Below are positions 45,689 to 55,334 of a stretch of DNA of 64,000 nt, piece by piece; the stretch's first letter is position 1, and each line of letters starts with the position of its first letter. Origin of the DNA: Bacillota bacterium. Its GTDB lineage: Bacteria; Bacillota; Clostridia; Christensenellales; SZUA-584. Location: NCBI GenBank assembly GCA_023436115.1, contig JAEZKQ010000024.1:42788-106787 (forward strand), in the 5' to 3' direction. The notes beneath the pieces are model-generated. The model had not been told where the DNA came from, ran no database searches, and saw nothing but the letters and a program-made list of their open reading frames with translations. A program made the position numbers and the translations under genes.

Positions 45689-47185
45689 TTATTCCACAGG
45701 CTGCATCACTGCACCCGGATCAGGGCCATTGACATAATAAACGCCCTTAAACGCTTTATATGTATCCTTGGAAAACAGCTCGGATTTAACAACGTTCCCG
45801 TTTGCATCCAGGTACTGTTTATACACTTCCCATGTCTGACCGTCACGTGACTTGACCCACTCCACGGTTTTTCCGGCTGAAATAGGTGTTCCTTCAGGAT
45901 CGGTCGTCGCGTTGTAATGGTATTCCGATTCGGGGGCGGTGTCGGTCGCCACCTGCGTATTCGTGAATTCGACTTTGTAGCCATGTGTCAGCGGCGGGCC
46001 GTAAACCTCGACCGTCAGTTCCTTATTCCTCTCATCCATAAATGCGGCGATATAGACCGGCATATCATATGGATTGGAAATCTTAAGATCCGGGCTGCCC
46101 GTGCTGATGGTGGCATCCATACCTTTGGGTATATAGGATGACGGCCAGCTGTGCGCTCTTCTTTCTACCACGGTGAGTTCAGCGCGTATGACCGCGTTAT
46201 AAAGCGTGCTCGACACCTGGCAAACGCCGCCGCCCACTTCCATGCGGTATTTGCCGTCTGCAATTCCGGGTGCGTAAGCCCAGCCCACTGTTTTCGCGGT
46301 ATCATCATTTCTGGGACCGGCGGCTTCATTGATCGACCATGTTTCACCCGGCTCAATGATCGTACCGTTGACGACACCTGCCATAATCCGAATATTCGTG
46401 ACACGATCTTTGTCATCAAGCCCGCTGCCATCAAACGATGACTTGTATTTGCCGATAAGCTGTGTATTGGCCTTGAGCGTTTCTACATCGATGGCTGCAT
46501 TGGTAATCACAGCCGGCGCTTCCACCACGCTAAAGTCCCCGTTGTTCACATTCGTGCTGATCAGCTTGGCCAAAGCTTTCACATCAATATCCACACCCGT
46601 TACTTCATCGATATATGTAAACCGGCCTTCGCCCAGCACGTCGTCAGCTATCTGAAGCGTTGCGTCTTGCGGCAGCGTATCTATCGTCGGTTTGAGCGCT
46701 GTGATCTTTTCCAACACGAGCGCTTCATCGGCATACAGACCGATCTCAAAATTCATGCCGCTTTCCTGCGCCTGCGCTTTTTGTTCTCTAATAAGTTCGC
46801 CGTCTCCCAACTGGCCGAAAAGCATAGCCTTTTGAAGCGTTTGGGCAAGCCCCGCTTTTATGCCCAGCTCCGGCGCTGTGTAGGTATGCTCCACTCCGCC
46901 TGCGGTAAACGTATAAGTAAATCCCGCTTCAATCTGAGCGGCAGCCGCAGTCAGACTTTCATTGGCAAGCGCCTGCTCGTAGCTTTGACCGGATATATCC
47001 ACACCCTCAACCGAAATGCCTTGTATAAAGCGCCCCGTTTCAATCAGCCTAGCCTCACGCTGCTCAGGTGTCATGCCGGCGCCGCTAAGCAGCAATATCA
47101 GCACCACGATCAGCGCTACGATCAAAACTCCTAAAGACAAAAGCATTATTTTAAATAATTGAATATTATTGGATCGCCTCCGCAT
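45689..47185 (-). CDS. membrane-anchored VanW-family protein with PG-binding-like N-domain and G5-like module
   Basis: N-terminal TM. GISVEGVDISGQSYEQA. VGGGVCQVSSTLYNAVIR and MDATISTGSPDLKISN. Confidence 0.8.
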   Translation of the reverse strand: MRRRSNNIQLFKIMLLSLGVLIVALIVVLILLLSGAGMTPEQREARLIETGRFIQGISVEGVDISGQSYEQALANESLTAAAAQIEAGFTYTFTAGGVEHTYTAPELGIKAGLAQTLQKAMLFGQLGDGELIREQKAQAQESGMNFEIGLYADEALVLEKITALKPTIDTLPQDATLQIADDVLGEGRFTYIDEVTGVDIDVKALAKLISTNVNNGDFSVVEAPAVITNAAIDVETLKANTQLIGKYKSSFDGSGLDDKDRVTNIRIMAGVVNGTIIEPGETWSINEAAGPRNDDTAKTVGWAYAPGIADGKYRMEVGGGVCQVSSTLYNAVIRAELTVVERRAHSWPSSYIPKGMDATISTGSPDLKISNPYDMPVYIAAFMDERNKELTVEVYGPPLTHGYKVEFTNTQVATDTAPESEYHYNATTDPEGTPISAGKTVEWVKSRDGQTWEVYKQYLDANGNVVKSELFSKDTYKAFKGVYYVNGPDPGAVMQPVE

Positions 47186-47301
47186 CCTAGCCCTCCCCTT
47201 TTCCGCTGTGCAATAATACAGCTAAAGATATAATAATATAAGACCTTTGTAAATAACAATGAAAATAGTGTCATTGACTTTACAATATTGTCATTTTAAA
47301 C

Positions 47302-47700
47302 TCAGTCACGGCTTTCCATGATCTTCACATAGACTTTTCTATGCCGGGGCCCGTCAAACTCGCAAAAATAAATGCTCTGCCAAGTGCCCAGCACAAGATG
47401 CCCGTCTTGTACAATAACCGTTAATGAAAAGCCTGTCATCATGGCTTTTGTGTGCGCATCAGAATTGCCTTCTCCATGATAAAAACCGCTGTTTGGCACA
47501 GCGCGTTCCAAAGCAAAAAGCAAATCTCTCTTGACATCCGGGTCCGCATTTTCATTGATTGAGACACCCGCAGTGGTATGCGGTATAAACACACAAACGA
47601 GGCCTGTTTGCACACCGCTTTCCTTTAAACACCGGCTTATATCAGCTGTGATGTCTACAAGCTCGCATCTTTTTGTTGTAGAAATACTAATTGTTTTCAC
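47302..47700 (-). CDS. yjbQ: YjbQ-family protein (secondary thiamine-phosphate synthase, UPF0047)
   Basis: HTTAGVSINENADPDVKRDL and similar family motifs. Confidence 0.8.
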   Translation of the reverse strand: MKTISISTTKRCELVDITADISRCLKESGVQTGLVCVFIPHTTAGVSINENADPDVKRDLLFALERAVPNSGFYHGEGNSDAHTKAMMTGFSLTVIVQDGHLVLGTWQSIYFCEFDGPRHRKVYVKIMESRD

Positions 47701-48325
47701 TGTTATCCCTCATATGATAGGAGAGTATATATAAGCTGTCACTCAAATGGACATTTTCAACACTGACACCGCGGCGCACCTGTACGTCCACCGGAGCAAA
47801 ATTCCATATTCCTTTCACGCCCAGGCTGACCAGTTCGTCTGCTGTTTTCTGCGCATACTGTTTGGGTACGGCGATAATGCCGATATCCACTGCATTCTTT
47901 TCTAAAAAAACGGACAGCTCATTCATAGGCCGGATGATTAATCCACCCACCTCGCGCCCGACCGCTTGTTCATCTGAGTCAAAAACACCAATGATATGAT
48001 AGCCCTCATTGGCAAAATGCCTGTATTTTAAAAGCGCTTGTCCGATATTTCCCGCGCCAACGATGACCGCCTTGTAAGAGGAACCGATACCCAGTATCTT
48101 CATGATCTCCAGCTTTAAGCGGCACACCTGATAGCCATAACCCTGTTGCCCGAATCCGCCAAAGCAATTGAGATCCCGCCTTATCTGGGAAGCGTTCAGA
48201 TTCATCTCGCTACTCATGCGGGACGATGAAACGCGTTCAATCCCAGCCGCCTCAAGTTCAGATAGATACCGGTAGTATTTTGGCAATCTGTGTATCACCG
48301 CTTCAGAAATCCGATTATCCTGCAT
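47687..48325 (-). CDS. rex: redox-sensing transcriptional repressor Rex
   Basis: RLPKYYRYL, the Rossmann GAGNIGQAL motif, and a typical length. Confidence 0.9.
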   Translation of the reverse strand: MQDNRISEAVIHRLPKYYRYLSELEAAGIERVSSSRMSSEMNLNASQIRRDLNCFGGFGQQGYGYQVCRLKLEIMKILGIGSSYKAVIVGAGNIGQALLKYRHFANEGYHIIGVFDSDEQAVGREVGGLIIRPMNELSVFLEKNAVDIGIIAVPKQYAQKTADELVSLGVKGIWNFAPVDVQVRRGVSVENVHLSDSLYILSYHMRDNSENN

Positions 48326-48589
48326 GACTTAAGCCCCCCTTTCTTTGATGTATTATAACATAATAATTGCAACAAACAAAGCTTTTAAGCATTGCTTTTT
48401 CATTAATTTGACAATACACAAAATATTCCTCAAATTCAGCCTAATACTGTTTGACGGCTATGAGACAAAAGAGTAGAATACACTTAATACAAAATTCATT
48501 CGCATATATTTTATACCATACCGCAAATCCATAACTTTGCCATGTTATATATGGCATTAATTATAAATGTATAAATCTGGGAGGTTTTT

Positions 48590-49285
48590 ATGGACAAAAG
48601 AGGTAGAACATCGGCGTTCGTCTTAGGTCTCATTGCGGGCATTTTTAACATTCTGTTAAGCATTATATTCCTTTTTGCCGGTATCGTTGCATCGGCAGGG
48701 TCATCATTGTTGGGTTTAGGCTCCGCGACTGGCATCATATGGGCGATTTTGGCCTTGGCCTTCATCGCAGCAATTATTAATCTCATCGGCGGCTGTATAT
48801 GCCGCAGCAACCGCACAGCGGGTGGTGTCATGATGCTAGTGACCGCATTGCCGCTTCTTATCTTAAGCCTCATAGGTCTCATTTCATTGGGAGCCTACCC
48901 TTATTATGGCTTGGAGGGAAGCATCATTCTGTGTGTGTTTCTGCTGATTATTGAGCTGCTTTCAATCGCCGGCGCCGTGCTTGCGTTCGTACCGCCCAAA
49001 ACGACCGGTTATTCATATGGCCAGCCTTACCCGGGCTATGGACAGATGCCATACGGCCAGCAGCCATACCAAGGCTATGCGCAGCAGCCGTATCAGAATT
49101 ATGCGCAGCAGCCATACCAGGGTTATGGAAAGCCGCCCTATGGTCAGCCGCAAGCCTTTGATCCGCAGGCCTCTGCACAGCAGCCCTATTCACAGCCGCA
49201 TACGGAGACGACCGAGCAGACACCAAATGAACCCGGCCAAAACGCACCGCCAAGCAGCGAAAGCGGTATCACTCCGGATATGTAG
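48590..49285 (+). CDS. membrane protein (DUF4064-like) with Gln/Pro/Tyr-rich repeat tail
   Basis: Four hydrophobic helices followed by QQPYQGYAQQPYQNYAQQPYQGY. Confidence 0.6.
   Translation: MDKRGRTSAFVLGLIAGIFNILLSIIFLFAGIVASAGSSLLGLGSATGIIWAILALAFIAAIINLIGGCICRSNRTAGGVMMLVTALPLLILSLIGLISLGAYPYYGLEGSIILCVFLLIIELLSIAGAVLAFVPPKTTGYSYGQPYPGYGQMPYGQQPYQGYAQQPYQNYAQQPYQGYGKPPYGQPQAFDPQASAQQPYSQPHTETTEQTPNEPGQNAPPSSESGITPDM
49058..49129 (+). repeat. 3 x 24-nt in-frame tandem repeat (QQPYQ[GN]Y[AG])
   Basis: Units at 49058-49081, 49082-49105 and 49106-49129. Confidence 0.8.
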
Positions 49286-49296
49286 CCAGCAAAACC

Positions 49297-49333
49297 AAAG
49301 GCCCATCGGCTTAAATGCCAAGGGCCTTTTTTT
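49297..49333. terminator. bidirectional intrinsic terminator
   Basis: AAAGGCCC...GGGCCTTT stem followed by TTTTT, between convergent genes. Confidence 0.7.
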
Positions 49334-49396
49334 GTCCTTGTTATTATTGAAAAAACAGACTTGCTTTAAGTTTACTTTTCACGATAACCAGAATCT

Positions 49397-51853
49397 TTAT
49401 ATGAACAAGTTTGTATCGCTGCTTTCCGCCGCGCCAAGGTAAGATGCCACGCCCGCAAGCTCCACACCGTCGATCAGCTCTTCCTTGTGTATGCCCATCA
49501 CATCCATCGACATTGTACAGGCTACCAACTTCACGCCGTTCTTCTTAGCTTGTGCAATGAGTTCATCCAGCGTCGCCACATTCTTTTTCTTCATGATACC
49601 CTTCATCATGACCGAGCCCATACCCAGCATGTTCATCTTCGACAGCTTGAGTCTGGATGTCCCGCGCGGCATCATAGCGCTGAACATATTCTCTATAAAC
49701 GTCTTTTTTACTTTGACCTTTTCATGGCGGCGCAGAATATTAAGGCCCCAGAATGTAAAAAACATGGTGACTTTACGACCCATCGCCGCCGCACCGTTGG
49801 CAATTATAAAGCTCGCCAACGCTTTATCCATATCACCGCTGAACACCACCATAGATTTATCATTGCCCGAGGCGCTCACGCAGGCGCCGGGTGCAGCCGC
49901 CTCTCCTTCAATACCCTTTTTAATCCATACTGCGAAGCCGTTATCCAGCTTTTCGCCTTTCAGATACGTATTCTTAGTCCGTGCGCACCACGCTGATGCA
50001 TCCGCAAAAAATCCGGGGTCTGTGGATGTAATGTTGATAATGTCTCCTTCCTTGGCTTCCAGCATGGCCTCATACAGCTTGATCACCGGCCCAGGGCACT
50101 GAAGCCCGCAAGCGTTGACAGTGAGCGTGTTGGCAGAGTTGACTGCGGTTTTGGGAATGCTCTTGACTTCCTTCATAGCCTTGGCTCCTTCCTGTGCACC
50201 GAGCGTGTAATCTTTGCTGGCTGTTCGGTATGTGATATAGCCGCCCGCAAGATTGCGCACATCCTTGAATCCATTCTGAAGCATCAGGCGGCTCGCGATA
50301 TAGGCACGGATACCCACCGCACAAAAAACAATATACGTTTTATCTTTGTCTAGCGTATCAAGCTTCTCACGCAAGCTGTCCACAGGGATATTGATGCTGC
50401 CGGGAATGGTGCCCATCGACACCTCGGCGGTTGTCCGCACATCCAGCATCACAGCATCCTCGCTCATCGTTTTTAGCTCACCGAACGTAACGCTGTGCAT
50501 AAGACCCGATAGTATGTTGTCAGCCGAATAGCCGGCCATATTGACCGGGTCTTTCGCAGATGAATACGGCGGCGCATAGCAAAGCTCAAGCTCCTCCAAA
50601 TCATAAACTGTGGCACCAAACCGCATTGCGGCAGCGATCACATCGATACGCTTATCAATGCCTTTATAACCCACTGCTTGGGCCCCCAACACTTTGCCGT
50701 CCTTAGCAAACAACAGCTTCATTGTGAGCGGCATGCCGCCCGGGTAATATCCCGCGTGCGACAACGGATGAATCACTGTCACATGATAATCCTCGTGGAT
50801 TTTCTTGCCTGCGTTTTGCAGCTGTTTCTCATTGAGGCCTGTTGAAGCCACCGTCATATCAAAGACCTTCGCCACACTGGAACCCAGCGTACCTTTATAG
50901 CGTCTGTTCAAACCGCATATGTTGTCCGCTGCCATACGTCCCATTTTATTGGCCGGCCCCGCCAGCGGTATCATAGTCTTCTCACGGCTCACATAATGCT
51001 CGACCTGTACGGCATCACCCACGGCATAGATGCTTTTATCCGAGGTGCGCAAATATTCATCCACAACGATCCCGCCGCGCTCATTTGTCTCCAGTCCGCA
51101 CGCAACAGCCAAGCCCGAATTCGGCTTCACACCGATGGCGAGTATGACAATATCCGCCTCGACACGGCGCTTATCAGTCACCACATTCACGCCGTTTTCA
51201 GTCTCATCAAAGCGCATAACGCGCTCGGACAGCGCCAGCTTAACGCCGTTTTCCGTAAGATGCTTATGAACGATCTGTGCCATCTCGAAATCAACAGGCG
51301 CCATCACTTGATCCAGCATTTCAACAAGCGTGACCGAGAGCCCCGCATGAACGAGGTTTTCGGCCATCTCCAAACCGATAAATCCGCCACCTACGACAAC
51401 GGCTCTTTTCGGATTGTTTTGTTTTAGGGCTTCAATAATCGCGTCCATATCGGGTATATTCCAGAGAGATTTAACCCTGTCACTCTGCGCACCGGGGATA
51501 TTCGGCACGATTGGCGTGGAGCCCGGAGAGAGTACCAACACATCATAGCTCTCGATATAAGTTTGGTTTTCGCGTGCCACTGTCACCGTTTTGGCTTGCC
51601 GGTCGATAGACTTCACTTCGCTGTTCACGCGCACGTCAACGTTAAATCGCGAATGAAATGCTTCAGGCGTTTGCAGCAGCAGCTTATCTCGCTGCTCTAT
51701 AACGCCGCCAATGTGGTACGGAAGTCCGCAGTTTGCAAAAGAGATATAAGGCCCCTTTTCCAGCATAACGATCTCCGCGGATTCATCAAGCCGCCTTAAA
51801 CGTGCCGCACAGCTCGCGCCGCCCGCCACACCGCCTACTACGACAACCTTCAT
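49397..51853 (-). CDS. CoA-disulfide reductase-type flavoprotein fused to rhodanese, TusA/SirA-like and DsrE/F-like domains
   Basis: GGVAGG FAD motif and SFANCGLPY redox Cys. Rhodanese loop FCAVGIRA. CGLQCPGP TusA motif. C-terminal DsrE-like block. Confidence 0.8.
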   Translation of the reverse strand: MKVVVVGGVAGGASCAARLRRLDESAEIVMLEKGPYISFANCGLPYHIGGVIEQRDKLLLQTPEAFHSRFNVDVRVNSEVKSIDRQAKTVTVARENQTYIESYDVLVLSPGSTPIVPNIPGAQSDRVKSLWNIPDMDAIIEALKQNNPKRAVVVGGGFIGLEMAENLVHAGLSVTLVEMLDQVMAPVDFEMAQIVHKHLTENGVKLALSERVMRFDETENGVNVVTDKRRVEADIVILAIGVKPNSGLAVACGLETNERGGIVVDEYLRTSDKSIYAVGDAVQVEHYVSREKTMIPLAGPANKMGRMAADNICGLNRRYKGTLGSSVAKVFDMTVASTGLNEKQLQNAGKKIHEDYHVTVIHPLSHAGYYPGGMPLTMKLLFAKDGKVLGAQAVGYKGIDKRIDVIAAAMRFGATVYDLEELELCYAPPYSSAKDPVNMAGYSADNILSGLMHSVTFGELKTMSEDAVMLDVRTTAEVSMGTIPGSINIPVDSLREKLDTLDKDKTYIVFCAVGIRAYIASRLMLQNGFKDVRNLAGGYITYRTASKDYTLGAQEGAKAMKEVKSIPKTAVNSANTLTVNACGLQCPGPVIKLYEAMLEAKEGDIINITSTDPGFFADASAWCARTKNTYLKGEKLDNGFAVWIKKGIEGEAAAPGACVSASGNDKSMVVFSGDMDKALASFIIANGAAAMGRKVTMFFTFWGLNILRRHEKVKVKKTFIENMFSAMMPRGTSRLKLSKMNMLGMGSVMMKGIMKKKNVATLDELIAQAKKNGVKLVACTMSMDVMGIHKEELIDGVELAGVASYLGAAESSDTNLFI

Positions 51854-51858
51854 TTTCC

Positions 51859-52050
51859 TTACCTCTCTTCCTCAAATACCAATGCACCCATTGGACAAAA
51901 ACGTACGCACTTTGCGCACTCAATGCATTTAGTTTGCTCAACAAACGGCGCTGCCACACCGGTTTGCGCAAGCGCCCCAACAGGGCATACCCTGACAGAA
52001 GGACATGCATGATTCTGCGGACATCTATGTTTTAAAACTTTGAGTTTCAA
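51859..52050 (-). CDS. small ferredoxin-like Cys-cluster protein
   Basis: 63 aa with motifs CPQNHACPSVRVCP and CIECAKCVRFCP. TTG start follows GGGGG. Lies 5 nt upstream of the CoADR fusion. Confidence 0.65.
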   Translation of the reverse strand: MKLKVLKHRCPQNHACPSVRVCPVGALAQTGVAAPFVEQTKCIECAKCVRFCPMGALVFEEER

Positions 52051-52300
52051 TTTTGTCTGGCCCCCTTGTTGTTAATTTTCGATACTTTTTTCACAAGACT
52101 AATATATATACATGAGATTTATTTTACCGTAACTTTGTCACGCAAACTCTTTCAAAGGCGATGTGTTTCGGCAAGTTTATCATATAGGCGTATGATATTG
52201 ACATTATTTATTTCCTAACCTATACTCAAGTCATGGTTTAATATGGCACAATTTCCATCTCTCTATTTCCCCGTCAAAATCAGCGAAAGGTCGCAATTCT

Positions 52301-52792
52301 ATGGCAAATGTTGAAGTTTCTCCGCAATTAAAACCAGAACACAAACACAAAGAACCTCCGGTCGGCCTTGGCGGATGGTTTACTTTTATCATTATCGGCC
52401 TTATTGTATTGATTATTTCAGGCGTTGTCGGGCTTTCTCAAATGTTATCATACCTTGTCTACTATCCTGTTTATTTTATTATTTTTTTGTCTATTTGTAT
52501 AATCAATGAGCTCTTTCTGTCTGCTGTACTTCTGTTTTTTATATACAAACGAAATATTATCTTCAGGAAACTTTATGTTATACAGACCTGTATATTAATT
52601 GCTAGTCTGCTTTTCATATTTATTCTATCGTTTTTATTTAGTATATCTACTGATTTTTCTATTCTAGGTATTCTTGCACGTATCTTATGGACGGTTTATC
52701 TTTTCCGCTCCGAACGTGTTCATAATACCTTTATTGGTTTTAAAACAATCAGTCATGAACTGGCAGATAATGTAGATAATACAGATCTATAA
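52301..52792 (+). CDS. DUF2569-like membrane protein in an AT-rich islet
   Basis: GLGGWFTFIIIGL and four hydrophobic helices. Confidence 0.55.
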   Translation: MANVEVSPQLKPEHKHKEPPVGLGGWFTFIIIGLIVLIISGVVGLSQMLSYLVYYPVYFIIFLSICIINELFLSAVLLFFIYKRNIIFRKLYVIQTCILIASLLFIFILSFLFSISTDFSILGILARILWTVYLFRSERVHNTFIGFKTISHELADNVDNTDL

Positions 52793-52996
52793 CTTCAACG
52801 CTTATTATTTTTTGTTTTTCTAGTTTTAAATCATTAACGAATTAACATTTTTGTCTTTAATTTTCTTCCACTTTCTATATCAATTATATGTATTCATCAT
52901 ACACAATAATTAACAGTGTAAAACGTTACATTTAAGCAAAAAATAATCCCATAAGAAATTGTTGTACATAACGACATAAAGAAAGGAGGTAGTATA

Positions 52997-53215
52997 ATGT
53001 CTTCTCGTTTGCGTAAATATGGTCCGGATCATCCATGGACAAAGTTTAAAATAGAGTGTGCAAGCGATCTTGGTATAGCACAGTATTGCAAAGAAAATAA
53101 CGATGAATATAAAGGTGATCTTCCAGCCCGTGTGAACGGCCAACAGGGAGGCCCCATCGGCGGAGAAATGGTCAAGCGCATGATTGCAATGGCCGAGAAA
53201 CAAAAGGGTCTGTAA
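52997..53215 (+). CDS. alpha/beta-type small acid-soluble spore protein
   Basis: KFKIECASDLGI and GGPIGGEMVKRMI motifs. AGGAGG RBS. Confidence 0.85.
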   Translation: MSSRLRKYGPDHPWTKFKIECASDLGIAQYCKENNDEYKGDLPARVNGQQGGPIGGEMVKRMIAMAEKQKGL

Positions 53216-53245
53216 GCACAAATATATCTTTAAAGAAACTGATTT

Positions 53246-53271
53246 CACACCCCGCCTAGGGGTGTTTTTTT
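53246..53271 (+). terminator. intrinsic terminator after the SASP gene
   Basis: CACCCC/GGGGTG stem followed by T7. Confidence 0.75.
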
Positions 53272-53285
53272 AGCGGGCGAGGAGA

Positions 53286-54320
53286 TTAATTCTCCTTCGC
53301 CTGCTCCGACGTTATTTCTGTAATACGGACACCGAAATTGTCATCAATGACCACAACCTCGCCTTTGGCAAAAATCTTGCCGTTCACAAGCACATCCACC
53401 ATTTCACCCGCAAGCCTATCCAGCACAATAATGCTGCCTCTGTTAAGGTCGAGTATTTCTTTTATGCTTTTGCGTGTTTTCCCTAAGACAACGGTCACAT
53501 GCAGCGGCACATCGATAATCAGATCAATGTTTTTTCCATACTCAGACTGACCTGCGGAAAAATCGTTCTGCTTTGTGTCAAACGACTGAAACTTTACCGC
53601 TTTTAATTCAACCTTATCTTCATTTTGCATCCTTTGCACTTCCTTTTCTTTCGCTCGGGGTGCGCTAGCACGTGGAACGGGCGGTGGTGTCGCTTCGGGT
53701 TCCTCACCGATCAGTGTTCGCGCAAGCTTTTTTCCAAATTCGAAAGGCATAATTTGCAATATATTGCTTTGTAACAGATCCTCTATCTCAAGACGAAAAC
53801 TGGTCTTTATCAGCAATTCCCCATTTGGATCATAAGAGTCGGTATCGCGTGATATTTCTCTGATTAATGGCGGCGATATGTTCACACTGATATGCAGCAA
53901 GTCTGCCAAGGAAGTTGATGAAGACCCGACCATCTGATTCATAACTTCACTGATTGCGCTTAAATAGAGCTCTTCAACATCAGTATCGCTGCCCACAAGC
54001 ACTTCAGTAATCGCGAGGGCATCTTCTTTTTTAATCAAAAAGATATTGGTTCCGTCAATTCCCTTCGTATATGAAACCTCAGTAGCCACCATCGGCTTTT
54101 CATATTCATTCAAATACTCGTTTCCACGACACAAACTGACTTGGGGTGTCGTGATATTGACACGCTTACCGAGCAATGTCGAAAGAGTCGTTGCCGATGT
54201 ACCCATGCATATATTACCGATTTCGCCAAGCGTATCTTTCTCTATATCAGTGAGCATCATGTCAGAACTAGCGGCATAACTGGGATTATATATATCATTG
54301 TTCATTGATGTCTCGTTCAT
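53286..54320 (-). CDS. fliY: flagellar motor switch phosphatase FliY (CheC-like + FliN domains)
   Basis: LTDIEKDTLGEIGNICMGTSATTLS, and a C-terminal FliN block (VLGKTRKSIKEILDL). Confidence 0.9.
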   Translation of the reverse strand: MNETSMNNDIYNPSYAASSDMMLTDIEKDTLGEIGNICMGTSATTLSTLLGKRVNITTPQVSLCRGNEYLNEYEKPMVATEVSYTKGIDGTNIFLIKKEDALAITEVLVGSDTDVEELYLSAISEVMNQMVGSSSTSLADLLHISVNISPPLIREISRDTDSYDPNGELLIKTSFRLEIEDLLQSNILQIMPFEFGKKLARTLIGEEPEATPPPVPRASAPRAKEKEVQRMQNEDKVELKAVKFQSFDTKQNDFSAGQSEYGKNIDLIIDVPLHVTVVLGKTRKSIKEILDLNRGSIIVLDRLAGEMVDVLVNGKIFAKGEVVVIDDNFGVRITEITSEQAKEN

Positions 54321-55305
54321 CTACCGTCTCCTCCTTTAATATATCGACAATCTTCACCGCATAGTTAGAGCCTTGCATGCCTATAAAGCCCTTAAATTTG
54401 GGTATATGTTCAACTTTCACGGTGACCGGCATGTTGATATTGTGATCAACTTTGATGACATCTCCAACCTGCGTGTTAATAATATCGCGTACTGTCGCGT
54501 TTATTTCGTTGAAGACGACATTGAGCGTTAAATTAACGCCGGCAAGTCCTTGCTTTAATTCATTGGTATTCATGGTCTTCCGGCCAAAATCATGCTCGGA
54601 ATACCATGTTTTCATCACCAGCTTTTTGGCAATGGGCTGTACAGCCACATTGGGTATACAAATATTGATGATGTCCGACACACCGCCGATTTTGACATTC
54701 ATCGTAATAATGGCAATCGGTTCATTTGCGGATACGATTTGGACATATTGTGAGCTTGTCTCAATACGATCCAAACGAACATCGACTTTATTAATTTTTT
54801 CCCAAGCCTCGTTCATCAATGAAAGCATTTTTTTCGTGATGCGTTCCATGATGGAAAGCTCTATTTCCGTGAACGGCTTGTCAATGGCCTGAAGCTCCCC
54901 TGAACCGCCCAGCAGCCTGCTCACGATTTCATACGAAATCGCGGAGGATATCACAAAAAGCGAGCTTCCCTCCAGCGGGGGCATATTGATGATCGACACA
55001 ACAACAGGCGACGGCATGGAATTGCTAAGCTCAGAAAACGATTGCTCCTCAATTGAAATGACATCTACCTCGCAAAGCGTACGCAGCGTACCCGATAAGT
55101 ATGTAGAAAGACGGCTTGCATAGTTATCATAAATAAAATGCAGCGTTCGTATCTGTTCTTTGGAAAACTTATTGGCAGTTCTAAAATCGTATGTCTTTAC
55201 TGTCTGGGTATCATCTATAGGGCCTTGCTCAACAGGCGCATCCTTGCCTGATGTTAAAACGCTTAACAGCTCATCTATTTCGTTTTGCGACAAAATATTG
55301 GCCAA
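54295..55305 (-). CDS. fliM: flagellar motor switch protein FliM
   Basis: LSQNEIDELL N-terminus, typical length and operon position. Confidence 0.9.
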   Translation of the reverse strand: MANILSQNEIDELLSVLTSGKDAPVEQGPIDDTQTVKTYDFRTANKFSKEQIRTLHFIYDNYASRLSTYLSGTLRTLCEVDVISIEEQSFSELSNSMPSPVVVSIINMPPLEGSSLFVISSAISYEIVSRLLGGSGELQAIDKPFTEIELSIMERITKKMLSLMNEAWEKINKVDVRLDRIETSSQYVQIVSANEPIAIITMNVKIGGVSDIINICIPNVAVQPIAKKLVMKTWYSEHDFGRKTMNTNELKQGLAGVNLTLNVVFNEINATVRDIINTQVGDVIKVDHNINMPVTVKVEHIPKFKGFIGMQGSNYAVKIVDILKEETVDERDINEQ

Positions 55306-55334
55306 AGTTATTCTCCTCGCAGTTTTTGGGTTTT

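Noticed and set aside
47276-47290. 10-bp palindrome ACAATATTGT in the promoter region of the VanW gene, considered as a second BlaI-type operator.
   Set aside because: Its sequence and geometry differ from the TTACATTGTAA dyads at 5579-5602. There is no evidence that it is the same regulator's site.
52060-52095. Rex operator upstream of the ferredoxin/CoADR operon.
   Set aside because: The half-sites TTGTGAA and TTAACAA are separated by 14 nt rather than the 4-6 nt of known Rex palindromes. No convincing Rex box was found upstream of rex, the Fe-ADH gene or elsewhere.
52917-52932. TGTAAAACGTTACA near the SASP gene, considered as a BlaI-like dyad.
   Set aside because: The arms are offset by one base and it occurs once only. 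It lies in an AT-rich region where such near-palindromes are expected.
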